From the NCBI GenBank assembly GCA_965644315.1, contig CBFFRQ010000053.1, positions 1 through 64,000 on the forward strand: a DNA stretch of 64,000 nt, written 5' to 3'. The notes under the pieces are model-generated. The model was not told the DNA's origin. It ran no database searches and saw nothing but the letters and a program-made list of their open reading frames with translations. The translations under genes and the position numbers were made by a program. This document shows, piece by piece, positions 51,159 to 61,600 of the stretch (its first letter is position 1; every line of letters begins with the position of its first letter). This DNA is from Caecitellus pseudoparvulus. Lineage: Eukaryota > Protista > Bigyra: Bicosoecida.

Positions 51159-54100
51159 CTACCGCGCAGAGGCCGGGCGGGTGTAGCGTTGGCCCCCGCC
51201 ACTGCCGCCACGCCGGGCTGGCCCAGCAGTGCTGGGGCGTGTGGGGCCCTTGTGCAGCACCCCCCCTTTGCGCCGGTACAGCCCACGGCTGCGGGCGCCT
51301 TTGCCCCCGCTGGCATCACCGCCAGGCGTCTCCCGCCGCCGCTTGGCAGCTTGTAGGGCCTCCTGCAGGGACAAGCCGAAGCCATCCCACACCCCCCGGC
51401 GCCCCCGTTCTGCCTGTTTGTGGGCCATTTCTCTGGACACCAGGTCCTTGGCGTATTTCCCCCACGCCACCTTCTGGGCAGGCGTCACGACCCGCCGAGC
51501 TGACGGCAGGCGGCGCAGGAGCTCCCGCATGCGCTGCCTGCTGGCGAAAGAGAGGACCTGGAACATGTCTCCGCGGGACAGCACCATCACCTCTGCTGCA
51601 GTCTCGCACACGACAGTGGCTGGGGCGGCCTTGGCGCTCGCATACGCTTGCAGGCGCTCCTGCTCAGGCAGGCTGTGGATACCGCGGCCCCCCGGCCGGT
51701 GCAGAGACGCGCTCATGACGACGTCTTCCCCAATCCAGTCCCCAGGCAGCAGCGCTCCCAGCTCCAACACTGCTGCCTGCTCCACGCCGCTGCGAGCGCC
51801 TTGCCGGGACTGTGCCCGTGTCGCCACCGCCAGGCGCCCGGACATGCCCGCCAGCACCTCCACGTTTTGCTCTGTGCGCCGGTGCAGGCGCTGGATGCGG
51901 GCCTGCATGTCCGCGTGGATGATGCGGCGCACCTCTCCGGGATTCGTCGCAGACTGCAGGTCAGCATCGGCATCCCCCACGACATCCCGGGCAGGCGAGC
52001 CTCGTGGTGTGCTCTGCTGCACCTCTGCCCAAGCGTCAGGGGGAGTGCTGGGCCGGGGCACGCCGGCACCTCCTCCTTGCACCTGGTGCACAGAGCACTT
52101 GCCCCTCACGATGATGTACAGTCCCTCTAGAGTCTCTCCCTGCCGCACGACGCACTCGCCACAGGCGAAGCGCTTAAAGTGAACGCGGCGTGCAAGCGCC
52201 TGCACCTCCCGCGCCGTCGCTGGCTCCATCAGGCGCACCCTCCCGAGAAACTCGGCGATGCCCTGCACCACAGCAGCCGCCGTGCCTCGCACCACCCTCT
52301 CGTAGTCTTCTCGCCGCAGCGCTAGCAGCAGCGTCGGCTCCCTGGCCACGACGCTGGCCTCGCGAAACGTCGGCCCAGACGGCGCTGTCTGTGCTGCCTG
52401 CAGCACTTGCTGCACAGACGTGTCCACGGCCACACAGGACTGACCCCAGCCCTCCCCTGCCATGAGGCTGCCCAGCATGGAGCCCAGACGCGCATGTTCG
52501 TAGCCTGGCACGCCCACCCCCCTGCTCAGCTCGCCACCCACACCCGCAGTGTACTCAGGCACAATGATCATGCCCTCTTCTTCCTCCTCCGCATCGCCAC
52601 CCTCCTGAGCCTCTGCGGCAATCTGTGTGGGTTCAGGGCCCACCTGCTGGGCCGGTCCACCGCCGTGGTGGGATTGACTTGGCCTCCGGAAACCTGACTC
52701 GGCCCCCCGGGTTGGCCGTGGCTGGGGGGGAGCTGCTGGCCGCAAAGGCGGTTTAGCCTTGCCACCCCCCGCAACAGCCCCATCACCGGGTACCTGCATG
52801 CCCACCCGGGCCTTGTCAGCCCACCTCCGCCCCAGTCGCAGCGCTGCCTTGGCCTGCTTGATGCGGCGGTGCATGGTGGCGCCCTTGCGCAGGTACACGT
52901 CCACGCTGCCGTCCACAATGAAGTACATGCAGCTCCCCACCTCCCCCTGCCGCGACACGACCTGCCCCTGCCGGCACTGCTGCACATACATGCGCTGCAC
53001 CAAGGCACGGTGCACAGCAGCCGCCACACCGGTGAAAATGCCAAATCGATCAGTGATGCGGCACAGAAAGTCAATCTCTTCCGTGTTCAACCGCTTGTGT
53101 GGGTCTGGCGGCTGCGACGGCTCCACGACTGCCGTCGCCCGGGGCTCGCGCAAGTCGAGGAGGGACCCTGAGCTGCCGTGGCCCAGGCCGCGCTGCTCTG
53201 CCGCCGCTGACTGCTTGGCTGCCTTAAACTGCTGCATGGCAAACGCGTACGCCTGCTCTGCTGCCTCCTGCGCAGGCAGAGAAGGCAACAGGCGCGAACA
53301 CCTGCCTACTAGGTCAGCGCTGGCAAGGGTGCTGCCTGAAGGCCGGATTTCAGTGGGTGTGAAGAGGGGGCCGTCACTGAACGCCATGGGCAGGGCCAGC
53401 AGTGGGATGGAGCTGTTGATGAAGAAGGGCAGCTTCCGCTCCACGCCTGCCTTGGCTGCTGCAAGGGTGGACGTGCTGCTCCACTCGCCTTCCCCCAGCA
53501 ACTCGGCAGTGGCGGTGCCGTGGGTGGGCAGCTGAGAGCCGTCTCTGCGCAGCAGAGGCAGGGCTGCTGTCGACGCCCCGCCTGTGCTGCTCAAATGCAC
53601 GCGTGCCCGATTGCACGCACTGCGATTCGTGCCCGCTGCCGCCATGCTCGCTTCCTGCACAACGTCGCCTTCCGCCGTGCCAGCCCCCCACCTGCCCGAC
53701 TGCAGCAGCTGCTCCTCCCACATGGCATGCTTCACCTTGTCCACGAGGCCCTCCCCATCCTGCACAGGCTGCAGCAAGACGTCCAAGTCAGACCGCCGCC
53801 GCCGCAGCGCTGCACGGGACACCACCGTACGGAGAGACTCCAGCGCATGCGATCCGGACGGCATTGCACCCTCACTGCCGCCCTCTGGTGCATCCAGCAT
53901 GGCGCCTGGTGTGGTGCGACGAGGGGTGATGGCGACACCACCTTTGCGCCTGACTTGCACCCCTGCCAGCACAGATGACGTGGAGGGTAGGTGCTTGCCG
54001 CGCTGGCGCAGCTGCGCCCCCGCCACTGCGGCCGCATGGTTCAGCTTGGACAGCTTCTGGACAGCTTTCGAGGACAGCTCTCCCCGCGACCTCGAGTCGT

Positions 54101-55229
54101 GCCCCAGGACAGCACTGCGCCGAACGCCCAGCGCCCGGCTGAACTCTGCCTGCTCGGTCTGCAGCTGGTGCTCCGCCTCCCACACCGGCAGCACAGCGGC
54201 CACCTGAGCATGGCCCGGCAGAAACACCTCCTCCCCAACTCCCGTGCTTCCACCATGCATCCTCGCCTCCACTTCTGCCTCCAAAGCGGCGCGTCGCTGG
54301 GCGGCACGAGCCTCGGGTGTGGCGGCGACACCCACAGCACTTGCCGCTCCGGGGGACTTGCGGTGCAGCTGGGCAGCAAGGATTCTCTCCTTGGCGCTCT
54401 CGCCCCCCTTCATGATCCCAGAAGAGCCCCACCGGGCCGCTGCCCGGGCCACACCTGCTTTGGCCTGGGAGGCGTGGGAGATGTCGGGCAACCCCCCCTC
54501 CTCTGTCGACTCGTGCTGCCCCCCCCCCTGCAGCAGGCCCTGAAGCTGGGAAGCCTGCTCATAGTCACTGCTGGCCCCCGTGTATGCACCCGCGATGCGT
54601 TGGGCGTACCCTCTAGCCCGCAGCAGCTTGATGAGCAGAGCTACGTAGTTCCCTTGACTCACGCTCAGGGCACGGCCCTCTGCCTCGCCTCGAATGCGCT
54701 TCACATGCTCTTGCAGCTGCGACACGCCAGCGTCCAGCATTTCTGCAGACTCCTTGGCTCTGTCCAAGTTTAGAAGGCACCCTGCTGCGTTGAAGGCGGC
54801 GTGAATGTTGCCTGGGCAGATGGCCTTGGCCTCCTCATACGCAGCCAGGGCCTCCTCCAAGCGGCCGAGGAGCTGCAGAGTGTACCCGCGGTTGAAGGCC
54901 GCCTTGAAGTCGGGGCCGATGCCAAGGGCTTTGTCGTACATGTGCACCGCCTGCTCGAAGTCCCCCCGTGCCCGCGCACGGAAGCCCTCCGCAAAGAAGA
55001 ACTCGGCGGTGCGCGCGCCGGTGGTGGAGCGCCCAGAGGTGCTGCTGCCTTCCCCCGCGACCAGCGGCCGGAGCTCCAGGGGATCTTCCATCAAGGGGTG
55101 CTGGGTGACAGTGTTGTGCTGCTCCCGCAGCGCTGCCTCCGTCAGCACCACAGGCAAAGCCCGAGCTGTCCGGGTTGCGTCGCTGGTTGCTTGCTGCACT
55201 GCCTTGTCCTCAATGACGGCCGCAGACAT
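51159..55229 (-). CDS. TPR-repeat protein with two C-terminal cyclic-nucleotide-binding-like domains
   Basis: TPRs: GDFEQAVHMYDKAL, AAFNRGYTLQLLGRLEEALAAYEEA. cNMP-like: GQVVSRQGEVGSCMYFIVDGSVDV...REASVVAREPTLLLALRREDY and GECVVRQGETLEGLYIIVRGKCSV...ATVVCETAAEVMVLSRGD. Start is ATG 55229 or upstream (ORF open to 55400). Confidence 0.85.
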   Translation of the reverse strand: MSAAVIEDKAVQQATSDATRTARALPVVLTEAALREQHNTVTQHPLMEDPLELRPLVAGEGSSTSGRSTTGARTAEFFFAEGFRARARGDFEQAVHMYDKALGIGPDFKAAFNRGYTLQLLGRLEEALAAYEEAKAICPGNIHAAFNAAGCLLNLDRAKESAEMLDAGVSQLQEHVKRIRGEAEGRALSVSQGNYVALLIKLLRARGYAQRIAGAYTGASSDYEQASQLQGLLQGGGQHESTEEGGLPDISHASQAKAGVARAAARWGSSGIMKGGESAKERILAAQLHRKSPGAASAVGVAATPEARAAQRRAALEAEVEARMHGGSTGVGEEVFLPGHAQVAAVLPVWEAEHQLQTEQAEFSRALGVRRSAVLGHDSRSRGELSSKAVQKLSKLNHAAAVAGAQLRQRGKHLPSTSSVLAGVQVRRKGGVAITPRRTTPGAMLDAPEGGSEGAMPSGSHALESLRTVVSRAALRRRRSDLDVLLQPVQDGEGLVDKVKHAMWEEQLLQSGRWGAGTAEGDVVQEASMAAAGTNRSACNRARVHLSSTGGASTAALPLLRRDGSQLPTHGTATAELLGEGEWSSTSTLAAAKAGVERKLPFFINSSIPLLALPMAFSDGPLFTPTEIRPSGSTLASADLVGRCSRLLPSLPAQEAAEQAYAFAMQQFKAAKQSAAAEQRGLGHGSSGSLLDLREPRATAVVEPSQPPDPHKRLNTEEIDFLCRITDRFGIFTGVAAAVHRALVQRMYVQQCRQGQVVSRQGEVGSCMYFIVDGSVDVYLRKGATMHRRIKQAKAALRLGRRWADKARVGMQVPGDGAVAGGGKAKPPLRPAAPPQPRPTRGAESGFRRPSQSHHGGGPAQQVGPEPTQIAAEAQEGGDAEEEEEGMIIVPEYTAGVGGELSRGVGVPGYEHARLGSMLGSLMAGEGWGQSCVAVDTSVQQVLQAAQTAPSGPTFREASVVAREPTLLLALRREDYERVVRGTAAAVVQGIAEFLGRVRLMEPATAREVQALARRVHFKRFACGECVVRQGETLEGLYIIVRGKCSVHQVQGGGAGVPRPSTPPDAWAEVQQSTPRGSPARDVVGDADADLQSATNPGEVRRIIHADMQARIQRLHRRTEQNVEVLAGMSGRLAVATRAQSRQGARSGVEQAAVLELGALLPGDWIGEDVVMSASLHRPGGRGIHSLPEQERLQAYASAKAAPATVVCETAAEVMVLSRGDMFQVLSFASRQRMRELLRRLPSARRVVTPAQKVAWGKYAKDLVSREMAHKQAERGRRGVWDGFGLSLQEALQAAKRRRETPGGDASGGKGARSRGLYRRKGGVLHKGPTRPSTAGPARRGGSGGGQRYTRPASAR

Positions 55230-55626
55230 GGCAGAGAGCGAGGTCGAAGAAGGCTTATATGTGGTTTTCGTTGCCCCCAGCTTGCGCTGCATGACGCCCT
55301 TGCCTTGTCGCTTTCGTTGCAGCCACCTGCCAGTGGGGGCAGTCGCAGCCGACCACCCGCCAACTCGCTGACACCCATCCGCTGCCTCTGCCCTCATCAT
55401 GATTCAATGCCCTCCGCTGTGCGGCGAAAATGAATGCTCACGGCTTTGGAATCACCCAACTTTCAAGTAAGGTTGCCTGCCGCCTCCCACTCGACAAACT
55501 CTTAGTGCGGCGGATGGCCAGTCGTCTGCAACGGCAGAAACGCCTCGGCTTCAGCTGGTGCCCAGCAGTCCCTAACGCCAAAGAAACCACAGATACACGT
55601 GCATTGACCTGCCCAGTGACGCGCGG

Positions 55627-58600
55627 CTACTTGCGTGTCACTCGCAGTTTTGCCGCAGGCCCTGGAGTTGCTCGAAGGGACCTGCCCAGCTCAGACAGAG
55701 ACACCAGCCTGCTCCCTGCCTCGTGGCGCTCTGCCGCCGCTTGCGCCTTGGACGCCACCGGCGCGCTTGGCTCACCGGAGGGCGCCCGTCCTGGGGCTGC
55801 AGCCTGCACTTCTTCAACAGGCCCACGCGACAGCAGTGCGTCCACTCGCTGCCTTGCAGACTGCAGCCTGCCTGACTGCCCGCGCAGGCCGGCTGAGACG
55901 GCAGAGATCTCAGCCTCAGCCTGACGCAGCGCGGCAATGGCGGCGGGGCTGGCAGCAGAGGGAGGGGGGCGCTTGGGGCGAGGAGTGGATGCGTTGCCAG
56001 CAGGGGCAGTGTGGGGTGGGTGCCCCTGCTCTCCCACCGGGCTGCCCAGCAACACCCTGGCAGCCTCGGGGATGGAAGGGGAGGCAGCTGGCGCCACGGC
56101 GGGGGCAGCCTTCACGACCCGTCGCTGAACGACGAGTTTGGGTGTCATTGCGACCCGGTCCGTGTGGGCAGGGGGCTGCTCAACTTGACGCGCAGGGGCT
56201 GCGCTGGCCATGGGTGCTTCGGCCTGGGCAGGGACAGACTGTGTAGGCTGAGGCACGGGGGGCTCCACAGCAACAGCTGGTGCAGGGGGTGGCTCATCAG
56301 GCCGTTTACGCTCTTGGACAACTGCAGTGGCTGGGGGTGCCTGGGGGCTGGGCTCTTGCGACAGAGGAGAGATGGAGGGCAAGCTTGGCTGGGCAGCCAC
56401 TCGCGGTGGTGGGGGGGGCGGCACCTTCAGCACTGGCACGTCTTGCCGTTTGGACTCGGGCGCCTGGCAAACCTCCTGGGCACTGGGAGGCGGGCTCGCG
56501 CTTGCCTCAGAGGCAGCACTGCCTGCGCTGTCAGGGGAGGCCGACTCCTGCCTTGCTGGTTGACTCACTGGCGGCGAGTCTGGGGTGGCCGGGGTTTCCG
56601 CTGGCTCCTCTGCACGCGCATCGGAGGCACCTGCATCCCCGGACAAGGGAGTGGCGTCTTTGGCAACATCTGGGGATGAAGCCTCTGCAGACATTGGCTC
56701 TGCGGCTGCCGACGCACCCTCCTGAAAGCCCAGGCCTGCCCCGAAGAAACCGAAGGCATACTCTTCAGGGTTGCTGTCCAGGACATGCGACGTTCTGGGC
56801 AGTGCGGCTGTCTCCTGTGGCACAGTCTGCAGCACAGCAGGAAGGCTGTGCGTGCTCAATGTCGGCGAAGCGGCGCCCTCCTCGCCAACAGCGCCCTCTG
56901 CATCGCCGTCGGTTGCGTGGGAAGGGGGTGATGTGGCAACCACCTCATCGCTTGATGCAAGCACCCGCAGTCCTGCACCGGGTGGCGCCAGCAACACCGC
57001 CTTCCAGTCACAGTCTTGGCCCTCCCCGCTCTCATCAAGAGCCTGCATCACTGTGGCAGCGTTGCGCTTGGCGATGTTCAAGATGCGGGTGTCAGCTGCC
57101 TGACCTCGTGCCGCCGCCAGCACCTGCTGCACCATGTCAGTCACCCGCACCGTCCCTGCACGAGGGACAAGGGAGGTCGCTGCGCCTTCCCTGCCCTCCA
57201 CCTCGACCCCCTCCTTCGCAGCCATAACTGCCATGCGCTGTGCGATGGCTGCAGGGCTCTCGCGCAGCATGGCGATGGACCGCCGACTGGAAATCAACGC
57301 TGCGCGTCGCGCCTCCAGCGCCTGCAGCGTCAACTGCCCATCTTCAGATGCAGCCTTGCCCTTGCCTTGCAGGGCGCGCTCCAGGTTGTCCGCAGTCATG
57401 GGCAGGAAGTAGCAGCGGGCCGCGGCGACCTTCACGGGCAGCTGCCGCAGCCATGCTGCAAAGCGGAACAGTGGCGCCGCAGCAGCCAGAGGTCGCTCTG
57501 GACTGTCCAGCACGGCCAAGGCCTCTGGTACCCGCCACAGCGCCGGGTGCTGCACGGCCGCCTGCAAAAACCCACTCCACGCATCCTGCCGGCCCTCCCC
57601 ACCGCCTGTGAAGAGAGAAGAGCCTGGCAGCGACGGCAGGCGCACGGCTGCCATGCCGGGCATGGTCTCAGACGCATGCTTCAGCAACGCGTGCAGCCTA
57701 CGGAGTTGGGATGTGGTGCGCCGCACCTGCCACGCCACACCTCCCCACACCACCTCCACCTGGTAAATGTTCCCGCCCAGTGCCTTGGACGTGCCGTCGC
57801 TTTCCCGTGCCACAGCCTCCACGGACACACCTTGCAGCAGCTGCTGCAGCATCTTCAACGACCCCAGGGGCGCCGGTTTGGGTGGCTCCAGCCCCAGTTC
57901 CGCGGGACTGGGCACGTGGGGCGCCTCGTAACCCTCCTCGGCCGCCTCCTGCGCCATGCTGGCCTGCACCTGGGCATGCATGGCGCCAAGCACGGCCGCT
58001 TGCATGGACGCGACGTGCTGCGAGACGACTGACTTGATGCCCAGCGCACGCCGCGCGAGCTGCTGTGGCTCCTCCCGCGGCAGCACAGCCACACGCCCAG
58101 CCAGCGTGCCCACCACCATTCCGTCCCGCATCACCGGCGCCGTGAAGCCGTAGCCTCGCACTGACGTCACGCCGCCCGTGCAGATGGGCTGGTCCGCCAC
58201 GCAACTGAAGGCTTCGTTCCACCAGTTCTCAGGGTGTGGGCCCAGCTCCTCGTCGGGTGCGACGTTGCGAAGGCGGCTGCCCGTCGCGGCAGCCACCTCC
58301 GCCTCCCCCGCCGCGACGCCGCTGTAAAAGGCAGACCACAACGGCACTGTGGCTGTGCCCACCACGGCTGCGTGGCGCTTGCGAGCAGACCTGGAGAAGC
58401 GCCGCGTGGCTTCGGAGGGGGCCCGTCGCAGCAGCACACGAACCGCCCGAGTGGCCACCCACCTCGGGTCAGGTGTGCTGCAGTGCATGGCAGGGAAGTG
58501 GTCGTTGGGCCACGCATACACAGTAGCGCCGTCGGGATCCGCAGGAACGCCGCCCTCCCCGGCTGTAGCCAGCACATCCCCCAGTAGGGCGTCGTTCATG

Positions 58601-61600
58601 CCCCCCGCGCCGTCTTCGTACAGCGCCGGCGCACCCGCCTTGCGCTTGACCTTGCCTGGCGCCACTGCCTCAGACACCAGCACTTCCCCGCACAGCTCGG
58701 GCGCGTGCAGCTCCATGTACACATGGCTGTCCTTCTCCATGAGGAGGGGGTCCACCGGCACCTTTGCCACGTCGCTCAGCAAGCGGTCGGGGGGTGCAGA
58801 GCCGCCCAACTCCAGGCGCCCAGCGCCCCCCACGACGCTGCCCGTCCCCACACTGGTGCCGTCCCCGTCACCCCACGTGGACGCTGCTGAACTTGAGGCG
58901 CCTGGTGTCATGTTGGGCTTGTGAGCATCCGCTGGGTGCAGCGCATGCGGGGAGAAGCTGACGCGGCGGCTGACTGTCCGCCGGGGCGTGGGGGGCATGG
59001 CCTGCTGGGGACGGGGTGGACTCACTGGCTCGCCTCTGCTGCCCTCTGGAACACTGGCCAGCGTCGGCGCCATGCTCCTGAAGCTGGCGTGGTGGGGTGG
59101 GCTCGCCAATGCGCGGGGTGCGTCGGCCTCCTCCTGCAACCCCTCATCCCCAGTGGTGTCCTGCGCCCTACCAGCGGCACCCCCCGCAAGGCATGCCAGC
59201 CGGAAGAAGCGCTCTGCCGCCGACTCTACAGCCGGCTGCAGCCCAGGTGCGAAGGAGGCTGATGGGTTGGGTCTGAAGGCAATGCCCTGGAACACGACGC
59301 TGACCTTGGTGCCTTGTGTGAAGCGGAAGTCCGCTGTGGTGGGGTTCACAGGCGTGTTCACGGCGTGGAAGGGGATTTCGTGGGTGGCAGCTGCGGTGCC
59401 GTGGCCTGTTGGCGCTGCCTTCCCCGTCGGCCCTGCGTCAGGGCTGAACCACGACATGCGGCGGGGTGTCGGCTTGCTGGTGTCCACCAGTGCGCCCGCG
59501 TGTGTCGTGCGCTGTTCGTCACCTGCAGCCCCTGGAATGTAGTGACTGGGCGGCAGCGCAACGTATGGTAGCTGGGTCGTGACTTTGTAGACTGCCGCCA
59601 CTGGGCGGTGGTGGGAGTGCGTCACTGACAGCGTCGCAGTGTAACCTTCGGAGGTCACCTTGTCCAACACGTGCTGTGCAGAGGTGTGCAGGACTCGGTT
59701 GGGGTACCCAGGCATGAGCCAGGCGGGCCCAAACGCTTCCACTGCGTCCTTGTGCGCTGTACTGTCAAAGGCCAGGCGCCCAGCGGTCACCGCAATGTTC
59801 CCTGCCTCGCCAGGGCCGGCGCCACAAGCAGACGGCAGAGGGTGCGTGGGGGGGAAGCGCACAACCTGCTCCACGAACCCAGAGAAGATGGCTTCCGAGT
59901 CCAGCTCCCGCCCAAAGGCATCCATGTCCACAATGGGCGCCATGTCTTGCGCTGAGCGGGCTAGCAGCTGCACCGCTGTGCGCTCGGCTGCCACCACCAC
60001 GTTCCACAGCGACCCCAGCTCCAGCGCGAGGGTGTTGTCCAGGGGATTGTCCAAGAACTGGGCCAGGAGTGGGCTCCTCCACGCGGCAGGACAGCTGACG
60101 AGCTGCTTCAAGAACAGCTGCACAGCTTTCTGGCGGGCAGCGTTGTTGCGCGCCTTGGTCGTGAACACTCCCGCCTTGTTCAGCGGCGGCAACGGCGGCA
60201 GCGCCAGCTGCATCGTGGCTTGCAGTGCCGCTGCGAGGTGGTAAATGTCTTCCGTCGAGCGCAGCACCCTCCAGGACGCTTCCGCCGTGCGCACCTCAAT
60301 TGGCCACACCTCCCGCGTGGCGCGGTTCAGCCCCCCCGCCTCCTTCACCGCCGCCTTGCAGGCTGCTGTCACCGTCGCGGCGGGCAGGCGCTCGGGGTCT
60401 TCCAACTCAACAAACGCAGCCGCGAGCTTCCATGCCGGAGGCGGCGGGAGACTCATGCTGGCGATGGCCCGGCTGTCTTCGCCGGCCCCTGCAAATGCCG
60501 TCAGGCGTTGCGGCACGTCCCCTGTCAACTGGTGGTACACACGGGCCATGAGGGCCGTGTTTGGCGCCCCTGGCATCCAGCAGCGTGGCAAGAACAGCGG
60601 GTCCACCCGCACATTCATGCCTTGCATGTGGGGGGGCACGCCTTCGCCAGCCGCGCTGGCGTATTCGCCCCCGTCGGCAGGGCGGTGTTCTCCGCCGGGT
60701 GGGCTGCGCACCTGTGCAGGCATGGGAATGACGCGACCACGTGCCAGCCCGCCGGCACCTTCCCCACCCTCCTCCTCTGGCACACGAATGGGCTGGGGTG
60801 CGCTGGGTGACTGCTGCAGGGAGAGTGGGCTGCCTGTCTGCCCTGGCGCCTCTGCCGCCTCGGGCGCGTCCCCCGTGAAGGCCACCATGTGGTGCACCAG
60901 CTGGTCGTACGGCAGGGGCAAGCTGACCTGCACCTGCACCTCATCCAGCGCAGACTTGAAAGCAGGAGCTGGCACTGCCGGCTGCTGCTCGGACAGCTCC
61001 GCCAGCGCCGCGGTGCCCGACATGTCCATGGCTGCCTTGAGGCGCGCACCGAGCCCGGCGCTGGTACCCAGGCGGCCGGACAGCTCCTGCCACTGCATGT
61101 GCTGGACGATGCGCATGGTGCGTCGTGCGTCCACATCCACCACCCACCCCCGACTGCGCACCATGTCCGTGACGTCCGTGCGGATGTCCCGCAAGCTCAC
61201 GTCCGAGGCCACCGCCCCTTCATCTTCGTCCCGCATGCTGGGGGCCACCTGCCCTGCCACCAGGAACGGGTCATAGTCTGGCTGCAGCACGCCTCGGTCG
61301 ATCTTGCTGTCCGTGTCCGCCATCCAGAACACGTGGTCGTACCACTCAGAGAAGGGGCCAGACAGCGGCAGCCCTGGCACATCAGTAGGCAGGCTCTCCG
61401 CGCGTGCTGCGTGGGAGGTGGCCTGAGGGCGCCGCCGGCTGCTCAGCAGGCTCCCCGCTGCGGCGCTGAATCGGGACATGACAGACCCTGCATCGTCGTG
61501 CTCAGAAGCCCCGCCTTGGTGTGTGCTGTGCGACCCCAGCGCCTCCTGCACCAGCACCGTGTCTTCGCCTGGCGCGGGGCCACGCACGCTGCTGTCTGCG

